A stretch of DNA of 63,818 bases, counting the filler, from Reticulomyxa filosa (lineage: Eukaryota; Protista; Foraminifera): NCBI GenBank assembly GCA_000512085.1. It is 22 parts of 22 records of this genome, joined end to end, with 100 filler letters (N's around TTAATTAATTAA, not from the genome) between each part and the next. Parts side by side here need not be neighbours in the genome. Positions count along the whole stretch, not along the records: positions 50,065 to 52,064 come from ASPP01001875.1; positions 52,165 to 53,172 come from ASPP01047171.1; positions 53,273 to 54,707 come from ASPP01008510.1; positions 54,808 to 57,218 come from ASPP01046835.1; positions 57,319 to 59,392 come from ASPP01011330.1; positions 59,493 to 60,980 come from ASPP01000629.1; positions 61,081 to 62,080 come from ASPP01044069.1; positions 62,181 to 63,818 come from ASPP01020279.1; 14 more parts are not named here. One strand, given 5' to 3'. The notes beneath the pieces were generated by a model. The model made no database searches. It saw only the letters and a list, made by a program, of their open reading frames with translations, and had not been told where the DNA came from. Both the position numbers and the translations under genes were made by a program. Of this stretch, positions 50,065-62,899 are shown piece by piece (the stretch's first letter is position 1; every line of letters begins with the position of its first letter).

Positions 50065-51909
50065 TTATGGATTAAGTACACGTGCGTACATTGGTGGTAC
50101 AAATAATAATTTGTTATTTATCAGTTCCAATAATAGTGTAAACGTTATCGACATTACAACTTGTCAATACTTGCCAGTAGATGGAAAAATACCAATGGAA
50201 GATTCATATCAATGTATTGTTCCATTTGCGCCACAAAATGAAATTGCAGTGAATGAATTTGTTTTGATTGGCACAAAAAATTGTCTGCGAATGAAATATG
50301 ATGAAAAAAATTTTAAAGTTGAATTTTTCTCGTTACCAATCATCACAACTTTATTGGGATATTATGGATATGGTTATATTTCTGTAAATGGTTATATCAT
50401 ATTTTTTGGTGGATTCAACGATTGCAATGACCAGATTGATCTTATTCATGTCTTCTCTATGCACGACAATATTTGGACAACATCAAACCACAAATTGCCC
50501 ATAAAACTGTGTGGAAGTTGCGCCGTATTGTCGCCGGATGGTTTGACTATTCATATCTTTGGTGGGAATGTCGGCACTCGTTATCAGTCATCTCATTACG
50601 TTGCAAGAATCACAGATTTGATTGGCACAGATGAAAAGCACATTTCCTTGAAGTTAAATAGATGGACTTCAATTTTGATGATAATATATATGATTACATT
50701 TCAATATTTAAAAAATAAATGTAAGCAATTGTTTTCGATGCACTTTATGTGAAAAGGAAACAAAAGATAATGATGAATATAAAATTGAAAGCTTAAAAAT
50801 GGAGGAATCAGTTCAAGAAGCGAAGGTAAAGAGAAAAAAAACAAAAAAACAAATGTCGATAAATTGAAAAAAAATGTATTTTATTTGGATTCAACATATG
50901 ATAGATGTTAGAATCAGGTTTCATAAATAAAATACAACCTCATTTAATGGAAGGCGTCAGTTTTTCTCAATGTGTTGTCTTTGGAGATGAAATATTGATA
51001 TTAGGTGGAAATGATAGAGGTTCTTGTTATTCTTATCATACAATCAAGAAAGGATACAGATTTATTACTCTTTATCCTGAACGTGCGGCTACACAGGGAC
51101 ATATTGTTGTTAGATACGACAAAATATTGCACAATCAATTGAATCCCGAATCCGAAAATGGATTAGAAATGGTCTTATTGTCTATTGGTGGAAAACGCGA
51201 GATAAGACCGAGTCATACATTAGTGATGAAATATCACAGTGTCTGGGATGATACCAATACAAAGATCAATGCAAATACCAATGAATGGGTTTCACTGACG
51301 GAAGAAAAGACCAATGAATTAATAAAATTTAAAGAATATCTAGCCAGTGCTCGTGGATGTCTGAGTGGAAAAAATGGAAACTTATTGATTGTTTCTGTTA
51401 ACAAAACCATCGATGTAATCAATCTTGATACATGCCAATATTTATCCACGATATCAAATTTACCAAGGTATTTTTTCTGGCATTGCATGATCCCATTGCC
51501 ACATGACAATGATATTAATATTAATCATTTTTTTTTTATCCTCTTGGATTGTTGTTTGTTAGTGAAATATGATGAAAGTAATAACGTTGTCGAACATGAA
51601 GAATTGCCTGTTATTACATCTTTGTCTACATTTCTTGGATATGGCTATGTGCGTATTGATGATCGAATTGTATTAGTTGGAGGGACTACTTCGCTTTCGG
51701 ATATTCGAGGTAATGATGTCTACATTTTTTCTTTGAAAGATCGTACTTGGATGAAATCAGAATATCCTTTATCATTGGAATTGGCTGGATGTTGTCTGGT
51801 TTCAACAAACAATTCTACTATCAGTATCATTGGTGGACAATATAAATCATTGGAAAATCAACCTGTCCATTATACAATAGACACTGACTTGTTGTTGTCC
51901 CAGGAATGA
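50065..51909 (+). CDS. Tandem Kelch-like propeller units (one two-domain gene or two paralogs), 5'-partial
   Basis: ORFs 50111-50752 and 50905-51909 align with each other (VIDITTCQYL/VINLDTCQYL, GYGY, GG motifs) and with 27023-27341. Confidence 0.8.
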
Positions 51910-52164
51910 TTGATCTAAGGACAAATATTTTAGTTTTATTACTTTAACAATTTTGAGCGTAATCAAATTTTTGCACGTTTTTTTAAAATTGATCAACAAC
52001 ATTTCTTGTACAGATATTTTTTATGTAATATTAGTTACTAAGCAATTCTATTATCAAGATAATGNNNNNNNNNNNNNNNNNNNNNNNNNNNNNNNNNNNN
52101 NNNNNNNNTTAATTAATTAANNNNNNNNNNNNNNNNNNNNNNNNNNNNNNNNNNNNNNNNNNNN

Positions 52165-52432
52165 ACTTTTTAAATATCATTTTGAATTTAGTTTTTATTA
52201 CATATTTCCTAATTGTTTAAAAAATTTGAATAATTTATTGATTTTTGAAAATTTTTTAAACAGCTAGGAAAGATTTCATAAAAAACTAAATTCAAAATGA
52301 TATTTAAAAAGTACACGATTTGTAGATATTTTTAAAAAAAATTATGTCTGAATGTTGTTTTTTCATTTAGAAAATCAATCATCTCTATAAGATGCCATTT
52401 TAGATTTCAACTTTACTTTGCATTCTACTGTA
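52165..52432. mobile_element. Foldback (MITE-like) derivative of the Tc1 family, left end truncated
   Basis: 52165-52312 is an imperfect palindrome; the right arm continues as a TIR ending CATTCTACTG|TA (52430). Confidence 0.75.
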
Positions 52433-53689
52433 ATATTGTATTCACTAATCTATTTTGTAAATTGTAGACCACATCATGATGAATAGATTCACATACATTA
52501 TGGACAAACTTATTTTATAAGTTTAGCGCTGATATGCACATTGCATTCCATAAAAAAAATTGTTACATTAATTACTTGTAATCTAAATTTAATTTGACTT
52601 TCTTATGATAATTTAACTATTTTTTCATGATAATGTAAAACTTATTACTTTATCATTAAAATCTTTTTTGATCATTTCAATGTCTGCAGTGTACTTAAAC
52701 AATTCTTGTGATAATCTCTTTTCCATTTTTTTAATTCGATTATCCACTCAATTATCTTTATTTTTCAATTGTTTGTTGCTTCATTGACTGTAACAATTGA
52801 ATAATAAAATCAAAATGTACTTTCATATTTATAACCAGATGATCTTTTGAACTATACATAAATTTTTTCATTTAATACGCTAACAATATTTAATTGCTTC
52901 ATGTAAATCTTTCACAAATTCTGATATTTTATTGAAGACATAAAATCTTTATTATGACCTCCAGATAAAAAATAATCAGTAAATTTTCTAATATTTCTGC
53001 AAATATTTAATTTTTGTATTGAAATATGCTATTATCTTCATTACTAATATCAATATGTTGCAAAAGAAAATTTGCAAATAAAACTGCACTTACAATGTAC
53101 ATCATTGTAAATTATCTCATTTGATATATTGAAATGTTTAAATCAAACATTATTTCCTTAAGTAATACAGTANNNNNNNNNNNNNNNNNNNNNNNNNNNN
53201 NNNNNNNNNNNNNNNNTTAATTAATTAANNNNNNNNNNNNNNNNNNNNNNNNNNNNNNNNNNNNNNNNNNNNACAAACACTCCGAACAAATTCAGAACGC
53301 GTTGAATATTAATGAACTATTCAAAAAACTATTCAACATATTCTTAAGCAAAAATTCTTTGTTAACTTTCGAAAATTTAATTCCTTCCTGGGCAAAATTA
53401 AAAATTGTGAACCTAACATAAAATTATATTGATCCATGTACTATTATCGCAATAGAAGTCATTAACAACATTCAACCCTTTGTTCAAGTCACTCGTTTTT
53501 GAATTTGTTTTTTTGTTTTTAGACCTGTAAAACAAATTTGACAATTGGCGTCGGTTGCCTAAAATAGAGCCACAGAAAACGCCATCGCAAAAAAAAAAAT
53601 TTGCTCTGAAAGAGATGTCCTTCTTTTTAAAAAAGTGGTGGTAACAATGCACAAGTAGATAATGTGAATTCAATTGCTTATTTATTACC

Positions 53690-54491
53690 CCATCTCGATT
53701 TTTTTATTCTCTTTGATGGTCGTGGCAATCCGTCGTATTCATCCACATGGTCTGCCATTGTGTCCTGCTCAAAAAAAAAACCTTAACGTATACCAAAAAA
53801 AAAAAGCATTGGAAATAGCCTCAACTGCCATAAAGATTTTTGCTTTTGAATCATTTGCGGCAATAGAAGATGTATTAGTTAGTTTTTCAGTATCATTATG
53901 ATTGGATTGAGAGATGACATCAGTAGTTGGATTAGATTTGAGAACAGCTTCAATGTGGCCATTAGTATTATCAAGAGCATTGAGACTATGTTCGGCATTA
54001 TTTCCATTATGGAGCATTGTGGTGATTGGTATATTTGGAAGATTCACACTCACATTGAGCCTATTCTGAAGAGGTGGTGGTATTTGCAGTGGCACAGAAG
54101 GATGTGGATTAGGTGCAAACTGTCTCCGGAGCATTTGAAATCTTTGAACAGCCAATTGTATTTTTGCGGCTTGTAAATAGGGCAAGAACAAGGCCGGTGG
54201 TGGAGGTGCCAAAGGTGGGGGTGCCAAAGTCCCTTGAAGATCGGTCATCGTGGTCGTCCTCCATCCACTGGGCCCAAGTTGTGTAAGCATACCATCCTGT
54301 TGATTGCCGTGCTGTTGCAATGACTGCGACGCAAATGTGGTCACCGAAGTGGGAGCCGAGGCAAGACCAGGAGGGAACTTATTGACTGCTATTGGATTCA
54401 ATTGTATTTTGCTTGCATTTGCTGCACGAATTCGAATGGAGCTAGTTGTTGTAGTTGTTGAACCATGGTGAGGCCGATGCTCTCGTTGAAT
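53690..54491 (-). CDS. Pro/Gln/Asn-rich low-complexity protein fragment
   Basis: 210-aa ORF 53769-54401 plus a short downstream exon DTMADHVDEYDGLPRPSKRIK. Confidence 0.5.
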
Positions 54492-54807
54492 CTAACGATT
54501 CCCACCGTCGTCCATCCCCGAACCCCCATCATTACCGCCAATATACACAAAAAACAAACAAACAAACAAACATGCGTTTCTATCTCTATTCATTTCTTTC
54601 CCACCAATTTTTCTTTTTACTGCATTTTTCCTATTTTTTTTGATAGGACTCCCCAGTGCCAAACAGAACAATTGTATTTACATTTGTTCAAAAAAAAAAA
54701 AAAAAAANNNNNNNNNNNNNNNNNNNNNNNNNNNNNNNNNNNNNNNNNNNNTTAATTAATTAANNNNNNNNNNNNNNNNNNNNNNNNNNNNNNNNNNNNN
54801 NNNNNNN

Positions 54808-57218
54808 CAATTTGACAATGATTTGCCACCTTGTTTACTTTCATGTCTGCAACCATCGATACTTGCTACAACTGTTGCTGTTGCCATTATTGCTGGGAAC
54901 TCACTGCAGCACCAATGGCAATATAAACAGCGACAATTATCCATTTTCATTTGTACAATTTTAAATATCTATTAAAAAATTTCAAGCAACACATATAAAA
55001 ATATAACCAATATACGTATAAAGATGTCATGTTGAATATATACATATATATAATACTTTTTCAAGCAATGGACTCATCACGATCATAACGTCAGGTGACA
55101 GGAAAGAGGAACATGCGAAACAGCAGCAAATTCTTGTGAACGTGATAAATTGAATTTTTACTGTTCGAGTGAGCGCTTCAGTTTCAATGACAATACTACC
55201 ATCAATCATTCCGTTATTTGGAATCATTGAAAGGTTCGTTCCTTAGAACTACTATTTTTTGAGTGGCAGTCTTGTCAACAGAAGGCCATTACACTTATTG
55301 CATCCGAGCAATTCGGTTTTTTTGGTAACCGAACAATTCGTTCATATCCACAGTGACAAGGTCTTTGAGAGGAAGAGAGAGAAGGGGAGCATAATACAAT
55401 CGACTGCTGACACTGACAACACATTGAAGTAATGCATTGCTTTGTTTTGTCAAATGGTGGAACCACTTTTGAATTGTCGATTCAATTATCAACTGACACA
55501 ACGTTGTTTCTTTTCGTTACAAATGACACAGTAACATTAGCTCTTTTGCACACACCAAATCAAAGGCTCTACAATACAGCAACGGCACCTAAATATTTGC
55601 TCACACAATATCACTCCAATATCTCGAAACAATTGACTAATAAGTAGAATAGAATATGGAATGCGTTTCATCGTCATCATCATTGGACATTGTCACACCA
55701 GTCAAGCAGCTTCCATTGGGAGTTTCGGAATACTCTTTTTTTTTTTTTCATCCACGATATTCTCCAATTACAAAGTCTATCCGCTCTTATCATCACCCTT
55801 GTGATGAGGGATACATCTTGGCCTTGTCAAATGAACGTATGGTCATGGACGTGAGTATTTCGAATAACGATCATTATCCTGATGACCCAATGAGGGATGT
55901 TAATATTCTTATTTTCTTTTTCATTATGTTTTCTTTTTTTTTTTTTTTTGGTATGAGCTTTGTCTTTCTTGCCCTTTTGCGTACCATGGCTCAGCTTGAT
56001 TTTTGAGTGTGCCAAAGGTCACTACACATCTCTGCGTTTCGATTGTTGATTCTACACCATACAATTTGCGACAATTTCCACAACGATCGAGTTTCTCTTG
56101 TTCACTGGCGCTGTCTTTCTAATGCTTTGGATTTCCATTTGATATTGTTACACTCGTTCAGCAGCTTCCATTGGATTCAATCATGCCTTTGTAATATCGA
56201 ATGAACGGTGACTGGAGGAATTAGTAGTTTTCTGTTGAATTGATGCTTTGGACATTTCTTGGAATGTTGGAATGCTGGCATGTTTTAATATTCCATCCTC
56301 GTTTTGATCAAAGAAATGAAACACGCTCTTGAGCTGTAAATCAAAGTTGGGGTATGTCTTTTCATTGGCATTTGTCTTTGCCTTTGTGTCATGATCAACA
56401 TCTTGATCTTTTTGAGACAGTTTGGATATTGCATCGTCGATATCGATTTCCTCAAAGATTCATTGTCCGTTCATCTAACGATACCGAGTTTTAAAGATTA
56501 TGGATATCCTCTTCGCGATTATAATTCGACAAAGTGTAATTTCAGCAATGCAATTCAAACACAAGTCGACTTGCTCCATTCTCCTTTGGTGGATTTGCTC
56601 CCATAACAATAGCAGTGGTCACTCACCATGCTGATGCTTTTGTAAGCTCCTAGTAGGGATTCGTAACTTCATATTATGGACATTGTCGTTTCAAATATTG
56701 AAGACTCGGATCATCGTTGCGGCGACAATTTTGCTTCTTTCACAAACAATCCTTGCTTTGGTGGATATGCAAAGTAATGTATTCCTTTGTACATGCCATC
56801 ATGTTTGTCCCATTCTTTACAATTATCTTCTTCGTCTGTTGTGAAGTGCATGGTACCAATGAAATGGATTGTGGTCACCATGCCATTGGTAAATTCCAGT
56901 ATCACTCAATCAAGAGACTTATCGTCGCCTTTTTTCGATTTTGTTTACTCGTTCGAATTCGTTCAATACTGAAGGGTGAGCGAGTTATGCTATATCAGTG
57001 ATTCACACTAAAGTGCCTTGTTCGTTCGACTTCGGAGTTTATTAACTCTCTGATCCACACGTCGATTTCGATGACATATATTTCTCCTTCCTTCGCGTCT
57101 TCAATGTTTTTTAATGTATCCATGACATCCACTTTTCAATTGCAATGCTGTATTTTGGAATATCATTTTCGTCGATTGCCGTTTTGATTACGTGTTTTCG
57201 CATAAATATACAGCCGTC
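54808..57218 (-). pseudogene. Decayed gene with a CAP-Gly domain remnant
   Basis: 56711-56905: TIHFIGTMHF...DKHDGMYKGIHYFAYPPKQGLFVK resembles CAP-Gly (GKNDG..G.RYF.C.PK.GLFV). The remainder is full of stops. Confidence 0.55.
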
Positions 57219-57318
57219 NNNNNNNNNNNNNNNNNNNNNNNNNNNNNNNNNNNNNNNNNNNNTTAATTAATTAANNNNNNNNNNNNNNNNNNNNNNNNNN
57301 NNNNNNNNNNNNNNNNNN

Positions 57319-58321
57319 ATTGGTATTGGATGACTGTGGATTCGTAGTGTCTTTGTCAACATCAGTATCAGGAAGTACTTGATAATTTGAAGAAATTGTT
57401 TGAGAATTTTTGCGTTTAAATAAATTTGAAATTTGAAATGTGTTGTTATTGTCGTTATGCTGAGAAGATTGTGTCTCACTATCTTGTTTGGAAGCAAGAT
57501 CATTAGTGTTTGCTGTATTTTTTGTCAGTTCTGAACGAGGTACTGAATTGTTCGATTCGCTTTGGTCATTTACTTTTTGTGATTGTACTTCAATTGGTTT
57601 GTTCTATGTTTGTTATTTACAATATATATATATATGTGTATATATATTATAATATTATTTATCCACAAAATCAAACCACACATAGCAATAAATAGAAACA
57701 CAACTTGTTCACTTGGATTATCTGCATTCATCTTATGAAAATAACTTGGTGGTCTTAAAAAATCGTCTGGTACACTGATAACTTGTTGTTGTTGTTTCAA
57801 CCATTGATCTTGTTGTGCCTTCGAAGGAATGTTTATTTGCTGCTTTATTGCTGGATTTACGTCTGGGCTTTGTCTTTGCCCATCGGGACTGAGAACATTC
57901 GATTGTTGCTGTTTTATCTCTTGTGGCTTGGCTACGCCATTCGATGTTGAAACTTGACCACCACTCTCTCCTTTGGATGCGAGTGCATTTCCAATACCTC
58001 TTTCGCTGGGCTTTGGATTACCACCGCTTTCTTGCGTTGACATTGTGAGCAATGCCTCCACTGCATTTTCCATATTCCCATTGCAAGCCTCCAAAAGTAC
58101 CATCTTTGTTTTGTCGTTTGTTTCATTTATTTGGTTTGCGTTTTTTTTTTACACGTGCATCCAAAAAACGCAAGGATGCTACTTTTTTTTCCAATATTAA
58201 CTTTGACTACGTCGGGATCAATTTTATCGAACATGGCACATAATGTGTCAAGGGCAGTGTTTGCAGCAACTATTGACCGTTGTTGGTTTACGGCTGGGAT
58301 ATTTTGTCGCTGCACAAACAT
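57319..58321 (-). CDS. CUE-domain (ubiquitin-binding) protein, CUEDC1-like, 3'-partial
   Basis: Spliced ALDTLCAMFDKIDPDVVK|MVLLEACNGNMENAVEALLTM is a CUE domain; downstream VPDDFLRP. Confidence 0.75.
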
Positions 58322-58538
58322 ATTGATTGGCTTGGAAATGTTTATTCAACTTTTTTTCAACGAACTTTCTGCACAAAAAAAGTTTGACGGGAGCAACAGT
58401 GCCAACAGCGGGCCACCAAAGAAAAAAGAATATATTCAAAACTGTGAGAATAATATTGGTTACTATCTCTTATTTTCAAGAGTTGTGAAATTCCTAAGAA
58501 CTTATGACAACCTGTTTAAACTAAAAAAAAAGGAGAAA

Positions 58539-59392
58539 ATGGTGGATGATCGTTCAAACGTGCCACCACCAGTGCATGGTCTCGTGACCATGATTGTTTT
58601 TTCAATGTTCTTGTATATGTTGATAGAATCCTGTCAAACATCGGTATTGAAACGTACTTTGTTTCAGCACCGTTTGCTGGTTTTACTTAGTGTTGGATTG
58701 TTATTGATTACGGCCATATGTTTCAACATCGATTTTGCGATAGGTGAGTGAAAGTGTATCTGTTGACTACCGTACAAACACAAGTGGCTTTGGAGGGAGC
58801 AATTGACAAGTACAACAAGTCTTGTGAAATGGACAATAAAAAAAATAGGACACAAACACCCATGGTTTCGATACGTGTTGCGTTTCTTTATGACATTTTG
58901 GTTATTTGTTATATTTGCGATCTCATACCCATTTGTGCTTCATGCAATGAACACAGCATACAAATCCGACAATTTACACGTGTGTTTATACCTACTCACA
59001 ACGCAGGATGTGTTTATTAAAATAAAAAAAAATGAAAAAATAATGGACGCATGTGTATATGTGTATGCTAGAGACAGATGCCGACAATAATGCGAAAACT
59101 GTGGTTGGTAGCGGTAATATTGTGTGAGCTGTTTGTGGTATGTATGTATCTGATATCTTGCGCGACGGGAAAAGCGTGGCCCTTTCAAGTGATTTCGCTG
59201 AGTTCGTATGCAATGGCGGTGATTGGAAGTGGATTTTTATTGACCACGTTGTTGGATGTTCGCTATCACGTTTCAAAAACAGAGGCAAGTGCATTAATTG
59301 TTGCTTCGCAAAAGCAAAGTTCAATGCCAAACCTACTTTCGGGACAAGCTGCCCCTGGTGTTGGCATGACCGCTACAACAGCAACAGCAACA
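58539..59392 (+). CDS. Multi-pass membrane protein, multi-exon, 3'-partial
   Basis: At least five hydrophobic helices over three exons. Confidence 0.6.
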
Positions 59393-59492
59393 NNNNNNNN
59401 NNNNNNNNNNNNNNNNNNNNNNNNNNNNNNNNNNNNTTAATTAATTAANNNNNNNNNNNNNNNNNNNNNNNNNNNNNNNNNNNNNNNNNNNN

Positions 59493-60980
59493 GAATGATC
59501 GTGATAATGAATGCAAATCTCTTCGACATAACACTCAGATCTTCCTGTCTCAATCCAGTGATGAACATAAAGATACTGTAAATTATAATCGATGTCCTTC
59601 CTTTTTGCAATAAACAGATATGGGGCTGCTTCTGATGCAAATTTTGTTCTAATATTTGGGCTGTTCTGGAACACCAATAGACTGCTGATCATGGACCTGC
59701 TAGCATATTGGTATTTGCAACTTCATCTCTTGATCGATTTCCAATCCCCATCTGCATCGACATAATACACATTTGTGTTTGCTTGGGTCATTCTTGTGTC
59801 GGCATTTTTGCCGCTTCATGATTTGCCAATCCGCAATACTTACATACTTTGCGCTTTTTTGGACATTCACAAACAATATGTTTCAATCTGTAGCATTTCC
59901 TGCATTGCTTGAAATGCGATTTTGGCCATTGAATATCCAATCTGAATATCATTGTCTTTCAATATCTTGATTTCCATAATCTTCCAATGTCTCCTTTATT
60001 TCGCACTCGCTTTCGCGAGTTGATACTCCTCGAAGAAGGACATATCTATTCATTTCAGGATTAGTCACTGCTTCACGCTTTTTCTTTTGTTCAGCAGCGA
60101 ATGTCTTACGATAAATGTCACATCTTGGCTGCCTTACAATTGTTTATCATCTTGATTTTCCTTTTGTTCTATTTGTCCATCCTTCTCATCATTAAAGTTA
60201 TGAGCTAGAAAATGTATGTGCTATTACTTTTCTGGACAACATATTCTTGTTTCTTAATCCAAGGAACTTAATCACAGATGTTGCTGATTTAAGTTCTTTG
60301 GACTCGATTGGAGTGACGATCGTTGGCGTATTCGTACACAGGAACTATCGTCGAATTTTCATGTTTTTCTTCCACACATTTTCAAATGTGATTTCATCAA
60401 TCTTTTTTTCGTTCGTTTTGTTGCATACTTGAGCTGTGTAATACAACTTGAAACGTCGATGATTGATACTTTGCTTTCTTTGTAACTTCATCCTTTAATC
60501 CATCATGGCGTCTTTTGTTTTATGGCTATTCGCCTTGTGCCACTTGTGTCGACGTCCATGTCATTATTCGACGTCATTTTGGATTGTCGTTGTTTGTTTC
60601 TGGTATCAGGCATATCAATATTATATCCATTTCCAATGCCACCATGCATACTGGCATTTGATAATTCACTAGTGGCAGACATGTTCGGAATGTGTATTTT
60701 GTCCCAGCATGGCTTGCAGTATAGCCTATTGTAGTAAAAACACCTTGCCTCGACCGTCGGATCGCCTTCACAAGCTTGTTATCAGCGAGTGTGTGCCCGA
60801 GGTTCAGTAGAAGTTACCGGGGTTCTGCCAAAACAAAAGACGGGTATTTGCCTCGAGATTGCCAATTTCCCGAAGACGTCGAACACCCTTAAAGCTAAGC
60901 TGGATCGATACCCTCTCACACAAGCCGCCCGTTGCTAGTAAAGGAGTTACTATCTCAATTACCAGGAGTTTGCACCTCGG
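59493..60980 (-). mobile_element. 5' part of a degenerate LINE: leader, gag-like ORF1 with zinc knuckles, start of AP endonuclease
   Basis: 59757-59910 reads QCRKCYRLKHIVCEC-PKKRKV-CKYCGLANHEAAKC...KCVLC (one frameshift); KQPHICLLQ resembles APE PDIICLQE; homologous to 17995-18165. Confidence 0.8.
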
Positions 60981-61080
60981 NNNNNNNNNNNNNNNNNNNN
61001 NNNNNNNNNNNNNNNNNNNNNNNNTTAATTAATTAANNNNNNNNNNNNNNNNNNNNNNNNNNNNNNNNNNNNNNNNNNNN

Positions 61081-61438
61081 TTTTTTTTTTTTCTTTCTTC
61101 CTCCAAATAAACGACAAAACTTTTTGTTGTGTTGTCAGGCTAAGTTTCATATCGCTTTTGTTGCAAGAACAACACGTCGAATTCGTGCGGATGTTATTTT
61201 CAAAAATTGTCATTGTAAACAAATTTTTACAAATACTATTCCAATTTTTGAAAAATGTATATTGTTTGATACGCACAATTTTTTCATAAACGAAAAAACC
61301 ACTTAGACATGCTAGGCCAATAACCATCAGCAACGGGCCAACTTCTTGCACATGTTCTTTCTGTAGCCAAGTACAGAGGCCTATTATCATGCTTTCCATC
61401 CCAAGAGCAAGAATTAGCACTGAAAATGTGTTTGACAT
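61081..61438 (-). CDS. Hypothetical membrane protein, 3'-partial
   Basis: ATG-initiated ORF with two N-terminal hydrophobic helices. Confidence 0.45.
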
Positions 61439-61815
61439 CTTTCCGAGCTTGATAAAAAAGAGAAAGTATTTTTGATTGAGAACAAGGGTTACAAAAACGT
61501 TGGTTCAAAAGTTTAAAAAACACTTATAAAATTAGACTAACCACTTTGGGTAATTTTTTTAGAATTGGCTATATTTAAATCTCAAGTCACTGAAAAAAAT
61601 AGAGCAAGATATTTACCAATTTATTATTGAGTCGTTTGTTGAATAAAATGGAAAGTGGCAAAGAAGAGACTCGTGTATTGGCTCTAGCTTTTTTTGATTG
61701 AATGTGTTCATGAAATGGTTTTGTTTTCGAGAAGGTACTCGAAAAAAGGCATACTTACAAATCTAAAACTTTAATCACAGTAATGGGAAAAGAAGGAAGG
61801 CGTATCTTTAAAACA

Positions 61816-62080
61816 TTAAGAACTCGGTTGAAGAAGTTCCTTAAATCTTTTTATTCCCTCTTTCATTTCATCATCGGTTGCAATGCTAAATGCACTTCGA
61901 ACGAAGGATTTTTTCAGTTTTTCGTACTCTTGTGGATCTTCAATTACATGGCCGCGTGTGGTTATTTCTTCTCTTGGATAAAAGCTTTTCCCTGGCAGCA
62001 TAAGCACTTTCTTGTCAATTGCTTTTTTTAATTCAAAGGAAGACTTGTCTTTGACAATTTGCAACCAATAAAACATGCCA
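61816..62080 (-). CDS. C-terminus of a class I/II PLP aminotransferase (AADAT/Aro8-like)
   Basis: GMFYWL...AIDKKVLMLPGKSF...FVRSAFSIATDDEMKEGIKRF. Confidence 0.8.
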
Positions 62081-62263
62081 NNNNNNNNNNNNNNNNNNNN
62101 NNNNNNNNNNNNNNNNNNNNNNNNTTAATTAATTAANNNNNNNNNNNNNNNNNNNNNNNNNNNNNNNNNNNNNNNNNNNNAAAAAACTGAAGTGATATTG
62201 CATTTAAAAATCAATATTTATGCTTTTTTTTTTTAGATAATAATAATAATAATAATAAAACAA

Positions 62264-62513
62264 CTTTGAGATCGTTTCCTGCTTCATCTGAGACGCTCGC
62301 AATATTCAAAGACATTGTGTCCAGGACCAACTCTGTTACTGTTTTCCCCACTTTTTCCACAGTTAGAGAGCAACAGCCAGCCAATGTTTTCTTCTCAAAG
62401 TCCACGTTCCAGTCCAAATGCATATGGATTGGCTTCAATTCATGAAAGTTAGAATATGTGCATGGATCATTTGACTGAGGGACTTTGGATTCTTCGACTA
62501 CTTCTGTGCTCAT
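62264..62513 (-). CDS. LTA4H: Leukotriene A4 hydrolase / M1 aminopeptidase, first exon
   Basis: DPCTYSNF....HMHLDWNVDFEKKTLAG...LVLDT..L.I.SV. Confidence 0.85.
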
Positions 62514-62899
62514 TTTTGAATATAATATCTTTTTTCAAATTAAAAAGAATAAAGTACAAGTCCCCAACCTGATCCAGTGAATATATTGTTATAGAAGACA
62601 CATGCGTCAATAGGCGTTATGCCAAAAAATAAAAATAGAAACCATCACTGTAATTTTCAACTATGTTAAGCTGTTTTTGGAATCACAGTTATACAAGCAC
62701 AAATGAAATGTTATAAAAAAGTTTCAACAGTTTTTTACTTACACAGTCTTGAAAAAAAAATTAGGTTTGCTTGTATTTAGTTTTTATTTTTTTATAAAAT
62801 GATTTTAATTTTTTTCAATTATAAACTACATAAAACATTTCCACAACTTTCAATTTAAGAAGTTCTCTTAAAATACAAAAATTCTGTTGTAAAAAGAAT

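Noticed and set aside
60760-60790. Hammerhead ribozyme (CTGATAA...GAAG on the minus strand)
   Set aside because: Departs from the CUGANGA/GAAA core at essential positions, and no convincing stems I and III.
12859-62180. Regularly recurring TTAATTAATTAA palindrome as a biological repeat or array
   Set aside because: Always centred in 44+44 Ns; it is a scaffolding linker. Gene neighbourhoods across linkers carry no meaning.
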